A stretch of 63,048 nucleotides of DNA, the filler included, from Squatina squatina (Eukaryota): NCBI GenBank assembly GCA_031763465.1. It is 4 parts of 4 records of this genome, joined end to end, with 100 filler letters (N's around TTAATTAATTAA, not from the genome) between each part and the next. Parts side by side here need not be neighbours in the genome. Positions count along the whole stretch, not along the records: positions 47,537 to 63,048 come from JARFOE010000115.1; 3 more parts are not named here. One strand, written 5' to 3'. Positions 52,101 through 63,048 of the stretch are shown here, in pieces; position 1 is the stretch's first letter; every line of letters starts with the position of its first letter. Made by a program: the position numbers and the translations under genes. The notes under the pieces are model-generated. The model was given only the letters and a program-made list of their open reading frames with translations, had not been told where the DNA came from and searched no databases.

Positions 52101-54137
52101 AATCCCAAATTCAAAAGACAAAGAAAAAAGGCTCTTCAGCCCATTTGATCTAATCCTTCCAGAATATCAAACACACCATTTTCCCATTACTTATATCTTG
52201 AATGAATCAATGCCCTGGCCTCAACCAACCTTCCTTCCTGCTCAGTCCAGCTAACAATCCTTCTCTGTGTAAAGAAATACTACCCGATATTAATCCTTCA
52301 CAGCCCTGAATCTGGCTGCCCTGGCACATATGAAAGTATTCTTTCAGGTTTACTTTCTCTAAGTACCTTATATACCAATACANNNNNNNNNNNNNNNNNN
52401 NNNNNNNNNNNNNNNNNNNNNNNNNNNNNNNNNNNNNNNNNNNNNNNNNNNNNNNNNNNNNNNNNNNNNNNNNNNNNNNNNNTTTGGCTTGGTCTTTAAT
52501 TAAAAGGAGAAAGTTAGTTTCTGGGTGCGCTGATGCTCAATGTTTCCCCTCGCCTCATAAATACTGTACACTGTAACATGTTTTGTCAGTAGCCTCACAG
52601 AAACCCCGACAAAATACAAGAATGCATTAAACATGGCTTCTTGTAACCTTACGAAGAATAGCGTGCTGTCAGGGGCAATCTTGGCAAGGTTTCAATTATT
52701 GTCCTTTAATTAAATTTATTTTTTTCTAGTCCATTGTATTTTTCTGAGCTGGTTTCCTGTGGTGTCACAACAATAAGAATGAAAATATGGGTTAATAAGG
52801 TTTATTTTGCAACAGGACTCCTTTGTTTGGCTTGCACAACCTAGGGGGAAGGAACATAAACTAACTTGTCTGGTATGAACAATCGAGCAAAAAAACAGGG
52901 AAAGAAACAATCCAGATGAGGTGTACTTTGGCAGTAAAGCACTGTACTCACAATTCTACAGCCGCATGCCATCAATATAATAGAATATATTTTTNNNNNN
53001 NNNNTGATAAATTATCAATTTACTCATTCAACCAGACAACAAAAAAAAAGAACAATATATATATATTCATAGAGCAATGTGTATAACAACTTTAAACCCA
53101 AATGATCAAGTATTTCCAGTGACCAACTCAACACTTTGCACCTTAGTCAACTGCTGATGAGGAAAAGCTCCCTTAAAATCACCAAGTGATTCATANNNNN
53201 NNNNNNNNNNNNNNNNNNNNNNNNNNNNNNNNNNNNNNNNNNNNNNNNNNNNNNNNNNNNNNNNNNNNNNNNNNNNNNNNNNNNNNNNNNNNNNNNNNNN
53301 NNNNNNNNNNNNNNNNNNNNNNNNNNNNNNNNNNNNNNNNNNNNNNNNNNNNNNNNNNNNNNNNNNNNNNNNNNNNNNNNNNNNNNNNNNNNNNNNNNNN
53401 NNNNNNNNNNNNNNNNNNNNNNNNNNNNNNNNNNNNNNNNNNNNNNNNNNNNNNNNNNNNNNNNNNNNNNNNNNNNNNNNNNNNNNNNNNNNNNNNNNNN
53501 NNNNNNNNNNNNNNNNNNNNNNNNNNNNNNNNNNNNNNNNNNNNNNNNNNNNNNNNNNNNNNNNNNNNNNNNNNNNNNNNNNNNNNNNNNNNNNNNNNNN
53601 NNNNNNNNNNNNNNNNNNNNNNNNNNNNNNNNNNNNNNNNNNNNNNNNNNNNNNNNNNNNNNNNNNNNNNNNNNNNNNNNNNNNNNNNNNNNNNNNNNNN
53701 NNNNNNNNNNNNNNNNNNNNNNNNNNNNNNNNNNNNNNNNNNNNNNNNNNNNNNNNNNNNNNNNNNNNNNNNNNNNNNNNNNNNNNNNNNNNNNNNNNNN
53801 NNNNNNNNNNNNNNNNNNNNNNNNNNNNNNNNNNNNNNNNNNNNNNNNNNNNNNNNNNNNNNNNNNNNNNNNNNNNNNNNNNNNNNNNNNNNNNNNNNNN
53901 NNNNNNNNNNNNNNNNNNNNNNNNNNNNNNNNNNNNNNNNNNNNNNNNNNNNNNNNNNNNNNNNNNNNNNNNNNNNNNNNNNNNNNNNNNNNNNNNNNNN
54001 NNNNNNNNNNNNNNNNNNNNNNNNNNNNNNNNNNNNNNNNNNNNNNNNNNNNNNNNNNNNNNNNNNNNNNNNNNNNNNNNNNNNNNNNNNNNNNNNNNNN
54101 NNNNNNNNNNNNNNNNNNNNNNNNNNNNNNNNNNNNN

Positions 54138-54939
54138 GGCCCTTGGGGTCCTTGCTGCGCATCACCTGCAGGCTCTCGCGGATCAAGCCGTTGCGGGACT
54201 TGATGCGGGAGCTGGCCACGGCGCGGGGGTCGCGCACCAGGTGGATCACCTTGAGGTCGACCAGCGGGTCGCGCATGAGCGGGGCGAGCACGCCCAGGTC
54301 GAAGACCCGCACGCCCTTCACCACGATGGTGCTGTAGCGCCGGCACTGGTCCTGCAGCGAGCCCAGCGGCCGCGGCGGGCACTCGCTCTTGCACACGTGC
54401 TCGTCCACCAGTCCCACCGTGCCTTTGCTGTAGGCCGGGCACAGCGGCCGCGAGCACACCACCTTGTTGCGCGGCGCGCCGAAGATGCCCATGCTGCTGA
54501 GGTTGTGGCCGCCGTTGTAGAGCTGGAAGATGGAGAGGTCGCAGCGGTAGAGGAAGGCGAGCATGTCGCGGGCCGCCCCCTGCAGGGTCAGCGCGTCGCC
54601 CGGGTACAGCTTCTGCCAGATGTGCCACATGGGCTCGTACAGGAAGAAGACGTCGGGGTTCTGGTTGAAGAGCTCGCCCACGAACGACGAGCCCGAGCGC
54701 CAGGTGGTGAAGACGTAGACGTGCCGCCGCCTGGGCTGCTGCCCCGGCCCCAGCCCCGAGGCGTTGTGCGGCTCCTCCTGCTGCTGCTGCTCGGCCGTGT
54801 ACCGCAGCGGGTAGGGCACGTACTTGAGCGGGCTGCACTCCTTGGCCCCCTTGTAGTCGGCGAAATGCAGCATGGTGAGCACCACGAGCAGGACGTAGCC
54901 CAGGATCAGCAGAGCCGCCTTCCTCCGCAACACTTTCAT
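54138..54939 (-). CDS. CHST2: Carbohydrate sulfotransferase 2 (GlcNAc6ST-1), 5' part of an uninterrupted CDS; the rest is in the gap
   Basis: MKVLRRKAALLILGYVLLVVLTML signal anchor, 5'-PSB motif TWRSGSSF, FLYEPMWH, 3'-PB motif RDPRAVASS. Lies between U2SURP and SLC9A9. Confidence 0.93.
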
Positions 54940-57061
54940 CTTCTGCCCGCACCCACCGAGTGTCGAGAGAGAGAGAGAGGAGGAGGAGGGGGGGGAAAAC
55001 ACCCACCCCAACAATAATTCACATCAGACGCTCAAGCTCCGGCTCCTCAGATCTTGCAAAACAAAAACCTTCCAGCCTCCTTTATTCAAACCAAATGCTT
55101 CTTCTTGGCTCCGGCCATGCAGGAGAGCGGCTCCTCTCGATTGGAAATGAAATCCTCGCTCTCTGGTAAATGTGTGTTTTTTTTCTCTCTCTCTCTCTTC
55201 CCCCCCCCCTCACCCCTGCCGCCTCAGGTCTTCACCTCCACATCACAAGTCGAAAGGAAGCTGTATCGCCAACTTTTTCTTTAAATTTTTGTTTTGCTTC
55301 TCTCTTGAAGGAAAATGTTAATATTGAGGGTGATCCGACTGCATTGCACACGCTTCTTAACAAGAATGTGAGCTGGCTTCCTTTTTTTAAAAATATATGT
55401 ATCTTTATAGATTGTTTCCGATCCCTTCACCAACTCTTANNNNNNNNNNNNNNNNNNNNNNNNNNNNNNNNNNNNNNNNNNNNNNNNNNNNNNNNNNNNN
55501 NNNNNNNNNNNNNNNNNNNNNNNNNNNNNNNNNNNNNNNAAATGTTTCCAACAATGTTGGTTCCCAAGCTGCTTTTAGCCAGCAGTTCTAAAGCATAAAC
55601 AGAACAGTGCCACATTTGACCAAAGGATGTTTAACGGTAAAGGATATGATTAACCAATCATAGCAGGAATGTTTCCTGCAGTCTCCTACAGAAGGAGCCA
55701 ACGGGAATAACTACGTGTATATTAATGAAGAATGACCTTCTACTAAATTACCCCATAATCATAAATTTAAGAGAGAGAGATACCTGTCCCCGCACATCAT
55801 GCTCCTACATTTTAATTAGACCTTTGCTGCAGCTTGCACTTTCCCATATATTTTTTTCCCATTCTTCATCTGCAAATCTTCAAGGAAAAGGGTGCAGAAT
55901 ACAATGAAATTGTGTCAACTGCTTTGTCTTGTGTTTTCATTTGTCTGTATGCAGGAATTTATTTTTGAAAGCCATGGTTATAGTAACATTTATAAATTAC
56001 TGATTAGCAGTTGCTTTATCCATTTGTTTGTTTGCTGTTTTAACAGGTTAACACTTCTGTTCAAATTGCTGAGAATGTCATACGTTCTTCCGTAAAGATC
56101 GTACCAGCTCTTTTTTAGGCTATAATTTCTTGACATACAGCACTTTGTCCACCAATTTCAGGCACTTGGATGAAACATTGAAGATTTGTTGATGTCAGCA
56201 ATTCAGCTTTTTACTGTTTTTTATTGATCTCTGGATTGATACATGGGATTAAGTTGTCTGTATACCACAGGCTTTCAGGTGGTAAAACCTATAAAGTACA
56301 GATNNNNNNNNNNNNNNNNNNNNNNNNNNNNNNNNNNNNNNNNNNNNNNNNNNNNNNNNNNNNNNNNNNNNNNNNNNNNNNNNNNNNNNNNNNNNNNNNN
56401 NNNGCTTAGATAGTTGGTTATTATAGCCAAGATGTAGCTCTATAACAGTTACTGTGTTCCTTAAGCCACACAAGATTGCAGGTTTGTATGCAGTTTTAAA
56501 ATGTAGCAAGGAAACCAGAAAGATATCTGCTCCAGGCCAAGTGCCCCACTGCTATATGAACATATTTTGCTGTATGGTGTAATGCCCAGGGAAGATGCAC
56601 TTTAAAATATCAACAGTTGAATAGCTCAGACATTATTGCATTTACTTTATTATAAAACAAGAAATTATGTAACTTTCTGTACTGATTTTTATTCAACTCT
56701 CATTGAATGTTAAAAATTACAAAAGGATAACACTTCTGCTTCAGGCTTCCTCATACACCTCCGCAAATACAACACTGCTACTGCTGGTGGAAAAGACATA
56801 CAAGGATCCTCATGAGAAATCTAACATAAAGGGGTCTGTTTTTACACAATCTACAAACTGAGTTTAGGGGACGATGAAGTCATAGCACTATAGAAGTCAA
56901 ATTCTTTCATATACAAAAAAGCACACAGACTGACTGGAGTTGAATATCCATAATGAATATATGTGCATTCAAAAAAAAAGCCAGGAATGATATTCCTCAA
57001 CAGTTTGTTTCAGGCACAGGACAAAACTAAAATTACAGAAAAAAAGGTTATGGACAGTTCA

Positions 57062-57235
<174 letters not shown>

Positions 57236-58929
57236 TCAAAACACATTCTGCCACAATTTACCTGGAATGGTCACTCAATTTCTTTAACAAAGTACACATT
57301 ATACACAAAGATTCTAAAATGCAACAGATTAGGTGATGTGCATATGCATTTGAAACACGCAAAAAGTTTTACAAAACTACAGTACATCAGTACAACAACT
57401 GGCATTTATATGGCATCTTTCATGTAGAAAATCAGCATAGAAGCATAACTAAACAATTGACGTGAGCCAAAGCAGGAAATGTTAGGGCATGTGACTAAAA
57501 GCTTGGTCTAAGTGATGGGTTTTNNNNNNNNNNNNNNNNNNNNNNNNNNNNNNNNNNNNNNNNNNNNNNNNNNNNNNNNNNNNNNNNNNNNNNNNNNNNN
57601 NNNNNNNNNNNNNNNNNNNNNNNNNNNNNNNNNNNNNNNNNNNNNNNNNNNNNNNNNNNNNNNNNNNNNNNNNNNNNNNNNNNNNNNNNNNNNNNNNNNN
57701 NNNNNNNNNNNNNNNNNNNNNNNNNNNNNNNNNNNNNNNNNNNNNNNNNNNNNNNNNNNNNNNNNNNNNNNNNNNNNNNNNNNNNNNNNNNNNNNNNNNN
57801 NNNNNNNNNNNNNNNNNNNNNNNNNNNNNNNNNNNNNNNNNNNNNNNNNNNNNNNNNNNNNNNNNNNNNNNNNNNNNNNNNNNNNNNNNNNNNNNNNNNN
57901 NNNNNNNNNNNNNNNNNNNNNNNNNNNTGACTAAGTCCAACCCTGTTCTTATTGGATGGGATTTTTAAATGTGCATTCCACGATTGTCTCTGTTGACAAT
58001 GAGAGCCATTAGTTTACAATAACTGAATAAGTCAATTTCAATTATTAAAGAGACTCCCAGGATTTTTAAAATCAATGTCTTAGAGATCTAATTCCACAAT
58101 TTTCATTTTTTTGTGAAAATCATAAATTGATGGCATTCTCAGTTAACAGAAGCCATTGCCACCCGACTCAGCAAACTGCAGGTTCACTTGAAGCATTGAA
58201 GAACAGCTGGTACTAGAAGGCATCTGTTGCCTGTGAAACCATACCTTTGCATGAGACAGCACATTCCCAAAATGGGGAATAAAACTGATAGCAGGGGTGG
58301 TGTAATAAGGGGAAAGAAAATAAATACACAAAATGGTGACGCTAAGAATGACCTGAAATTCTTGTGGGCACTAGGTTTACTAACCATCCAGACTACGAGC
58401 ATACCAGAGAAATTACCATCTTCCCTCACCAACCAATTTTGTAAGATCGCAATTTAGGGACACTGAATCCTATTCCAATAACGAGATTACTCAAACCTCA
58501 AAGATTACGGTGATGTTAACCGTTAATGGCAAAGATAGCCCAATTTTAACAATAATTCAGCTCCACCTATTGTCCCCTCCCCCCCCGTTTCTCCTTTTGT
58601 CTATTCAAATCAATTTTTTAAATTAAACTTAACTACTTTTTTTGACCCAATCTAAAACTCTCCTGTATTCTTGTTCTATAAAATCCTTTAGTTCCATTCT
58701 ATCGTTTGTGCCTTTCATCATTCACTTTGATCTGAGTGACATTTTTTGATTGGTGTAAAAAAAAGGAAATGACTTTTGGTGTCAGTTTAAGTTAATTAAA
58801 GTTACAGAACAAAGAATGAATTAGTCACATGGAGGCCTTTCTCTGACAAGTTCCAGATCAGAAAGGGCCAATTATATTCAACAGTGACAACAGGGAGAAG
58901 CGGTCTTTATCTGCGATATCCAAGGGTTA

Positions 58930-59220
<291 letters not shown>

Positions 59221-62200
59221 TCACATCAATTAGAATTGGAGCCAGCTGCCTAGGCTTCAGCATTTCACATGCTTACTTTTTATGCTACAGGAATGTGTCA
59301 AATAGCAGCAAACCCAATTCAACAACAAATAGTAAAACGTACAGATAGTAGAAATAAAAAGGTTGCATCATTTCAGGACTGCTACTTCAAACAAGGCTCA
59401 CCTGAGCAGGGGACTGGTCATTCACATGTGTAAGGCAGATACATTGCATCAAAAATAACTAATATGAGAGAAAAAGCCTATTGTTTCTACGGAACATGCA
59501 TAATCCACTAAAAATACTCAACTGTCAAACATCTAGTATGCATCCGAGTACATGATGTTTTAGTTTAACCTATCTGCTGTACTGAATAGTAGTTTATTCA
59601 ACACACTTGAGTCTTCCTCATTTTCTTAATTAAGCAATACAAGTACAAGATAATCCTCAATACATGTGAATTATCTAGGGAAGCTACCCCATTAAGACCC
59701 TCCTTAACATCGAGTGACCTCCCCCATTGGGCTATATATGAAACATAGATGTGAATATCTGCTGGGTTTGGTTGACCAGAGAAGACAGCAATGTGACCTG
59801 CAGGGACAGTTAATGAACCATACAGCACATGCTCAGCTTTCAAGCATATTAGTTCTATTTGTAGGAGGTCAGATACAGACTGCAACTTAGAATGAGAAAG
59901 CCTGTAACCAAAATGATATTTCATAGATATTCAAACATGGCTTTTCCTGAACTTTAGAGGGATCCACAAGGGGATTCTCAGGAAACCAGAAGATCAGATT
60001 TCTGAATTTTCTGTACTTGTTGACTGATTGGATAATTATTTTCATTGCTATATACTAATAAGACATAACTTCTGCAATGATCGTATTATTTTCTTCTGGG
60101 TAACTGACAGACTTTCCAAGGTTTGGAGAGGGAGTCTCCAAGGGGCTGTTAATATTTGCTGAGTGTACCCTACACGGCAGTGATGTACCATGCTCTTCCA
60201 TTTGTCAGTCTCCACTTACAAACAGCAGTGTACAATTTCCCAAAAAATATATACTACTGTCTTCCGCCCACTCCCGCCAAATAAATTGTCTTTTTGTCGC
60301 TCCAGAAGAAAATAGAGAAAAAGTAAGAATCATCCCCAACTACATATTTCGATTGCATCAACGTTTTGATGACCCGCTCAGGAGCAATAATTACTGTTGA
60401 AAGACTATTCAACAACATGTTAAATCTGTATTGGCTATGTATTTTGTAAAATCACCTTTGTATTAACCAAAAATGTACCTGATGACTGCCAACAGATTTT
60501 AAGCACTTGTTATAACCTCACACGTTCACCTAGATTCATTTTACCACATGTATTTTTGATATGTAACTTTTACAGTTCTTTATATNNNNNNNNNNNNNNN
60601 NNNNNNNNNNNNNNNNNNNNNNNNNNNNNNNNNNNNNNNNNNNNNNNNNNNNNNNNNNNNNNNNNNNNNNNNNNNNNNNNNNNNNNNNNNNNNNNNNNNN
60701 NNNNNNNNNNNNNNNNNNNNNNNNNNNNNNNNNNNNNNNNNNNNNNNNNNNNNNNNNNNNNNNNNNNNNNNNNNNNNNNNNNNNNNNNNNNNNNNNNNNN
60801 NNNNNNNNNNNNNNNNNNNNNNNNNNNNNNNNNNNNNNNNNNNNNNNNNNNNNNNNNNNNNNNNNNNNNNNNNNNNNNNNNNNNNNNNNNNNNNNNNNNN
60901 NNNNNNNNNNNNNNNNNNNNNNNNNNNNNNNNNNNNNNNNNNNNNNNNNNNNNNNNNNNNNNNNNNNNNNNNNNNNNNNNNNNNNNNNNNNNNNNNNNNN
61001 NNNNNNNNNNNNNNNNNNNNNNNNNNNNNNNNNNNNNNNNNNNNNNNNNNNNNNNNNNNNNNNNNNNNNNNNNNNNNNNNNNNNNNNNNNNNNNNNNNNN
61101 NNNNNNNNNNNNNNNNNNNNNNNNNNNNNNNNNNNNNNNNNNNNNNNNNNNNNNNNNNNNNNNNNNNNNNNNNNNNNNNNNNNNNNNNNNNNNNNNNNNN
61201 NNNNNNNNNNNNNNNNNNNNNNNNNNNNNNNNNNNNNNNNNNNNNNNNNNNNNNNNNNNNNNNNNNNNNNNNNNNNNNNNNNNNNNNNNNNNNNNNNNNN
61301 NNNNNNNNNNNNNNNNNNNNNNNNNNNNNNNNNNNNNNNNNNNNNNNNNNNNNNNNNNNNNNNNNNNNNNNNNNNNNNNNNNNNNNNNNNNNNNNNNNNN
61401 NNNNNNNNNNNNNNNNNNNNNNNNNNNNNNNNNNNNNNNNNNNNNNNNNNNNNNNNNNNNNNNNNNNNNNNNNNNNNNNNNNNNNNNNNNNNNNNNNNNN
61501 NNNNNNNNNNNNGTTCGTTGTGTAAATAGGCTTTGTTTGCTGTAAAATAGACTCTGTTTCCTGTATGTCCTGCTGTAAGTCCTATCCCAACCTCAACTGA
61601 ATATTGTGTCAGCCGCTCAGTCACAAGATTACTAACAGACATAGCTGAAAAGGTTGCATACAATGACACCACAAATGTCAGCCAGAACGGGGGTAATTCC
61701 CCCATTAATCATGTCTGGAGACACTCTAAGTGACTGGGATTGATTTTGTGCACATAATTTGTATTATGTAACTCTTCCTTACTGCATTTTGCTGCAGAAA
61801 AAACCTACTGTTATTGGCAGACTTTTTTATAGTTCCAGCCATGAGTTTGTACAGATTCTGGGGGAGAAATTTGCATCGTTTGTGCCTCCCGTTAGCACTG
61901 GGCTCAAACGATTTCTCATGCAAGGCCGCTACCACCTCCCACAAAATTCTGCGGGGGCTAGCGGAGGTGCAAACCAGCAGTGGCCCTATCCTGCGGTAGT
62001 GCCCAAGGCTGCTGCGCCGGCGATGATGCAGTGACCCAGGTGAAATAATTCTCGTTCTGTACTGTAAGGCACCTATACATGCTGACTTTTGTGTAATACC
62101 TAAAAATACGATTGCATCGTATTGGAACCGCGTCGTATAATTGGGAAAGGGTGCAAAAACCCTAACACTGTTTTAACTCTAAATAATTAAGAACCCATTT

Positions 62201-62768
62201 AATATGCATTTGAGGTCTAAACCTTATATAATTAAAAAGTGTTAGTCTTATTATTTGAATATACTTTGTGGCTCATAAAAACCATGATTACACAACTTGC
62301 AAAGTTACCTACATTTAGCACACAGGCAACTGGTTGACTCCACTCAGTGCAAGAACATCTCAACATATCCACATTGAAACCATCTTCTATAATTACAATT
62401 CATATCTTATTCATAAAAAACCCAAAATTAAAAGGAATGCAATGGCCCACCACAAATGTCTCGGAAACTGCGGATGGGTAATAATTGCAGCCTTGCCAGC
62501 ACTGCCCACATTCCAAGAACAAAAGGAAAAACAAATTAAAATAGGATGAATTTTAGATGAGCGTAATTTATGCTTGTAACCAACATTCCCGCGAAGCTGC
62601 GTGACCAGGTGGCGGACTAGAGGTCCTATGCAGGCCACTCACCAGCTTTTAAATGGAAAAACCGCACATGCGCGAAGATTTGAATGAGCCACGCAGCCAG
62701 TTAAAGGGGCCATACACCAAAAAAAGGGAATACTGCTTGTAACTGCAAGTTAGACACTAAAAGAATAC

Positions 62769-62902
62769 CTCTCTTTGCTCGAAGGGGACGAGGAGCTCTC
62801 TTTTTCTTTCCTATCTTTTACACGGAACTCTGATTTAATCACATCTTTCTCTTTGTCCTTTTTGTCACGCTCCCTTTCTCTTTCCAGTTCTTTCTCCTTC
62901 TC
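62769..62902 (-). CDS. U2SURP: U2SURP exon (charged coiled-coil)
   Basis: atttag|EKEKELERERERDKKDKEK...|gtattc, phase-consistent with the next exon. Confidence 0.85.
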
Positions 62903-63048
62903 CTAAATATAAAAAAAACAGCTGGAATTTAGGTCACAATATTGAAGTACAAAAGTAGTCCCCCACAAAAATAAAGCAAACTGACCCCAAGGAAAGGATT
63001 ACACCTAGAAACAACTTTTGGATTTAATTAGATGCAGATTTACTGTTA

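Noticed and set aside
54241-55017. 258-aa antisense ORF and alternative-frame ORF over CHST2 (likewise ORFs antisense to ZSWIM8 and DMXL2)
   Set aside because: Shadow ORFs caused by the codon bias of the real gene.
60536-61705. Long ORFs spanning N runs (also 22495-23508, 53147-54337, 57482-57940)
   Set aside because: Their length comes from X residues in assembly gaps.

Overview
This is vertebrate genomic DNA, almost certainly from a cartilaginous fish (shark-like), judged by DeuSINE/SacSINE-like SINEs, shark-type CR1 3' tails and the gene sequences. It is not a natural contiguous locus. Four unrelated pieces of about 15-16 kb are joined by artificial N44-TTAATTAATTAA-N44 linkers (15574, 31213, 47481), and each piece is a chain of short contigs separated mostly by 100-N gaps. 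Piece 1: DMXL2 exons (+) convergent with the 3' part of GLDN (-). Piece 2: two exons of a divergent CLC-6/7-like chloride transporter (-), most of MCM4 (-) and two PRKDC exons (+). Piece 3: an 18-bp minisatellite, an unidentified coding exon, a PSD exon (-), a FUT11 exon (+), a putative promoter/5'UTR contig and a ZSWIM8 exon (+). Piece 4: an SLC9A9 exon (+, with a U12-type branch point), the 5' part of the CHST2 CDS (-) and the last three U2SURP exons (-). Gene identities come from recalled similarity to human proteins plus synteny, not from a database search. There is no CRISPR or prokaryotic system. The best leads are the non-canonical CLC paralogue, the GLDN last exon fused to an RTE remnant, the orphan exon near PSD, the U12 intron and a decayed hammerhead-like motif in a Penelope-like element.
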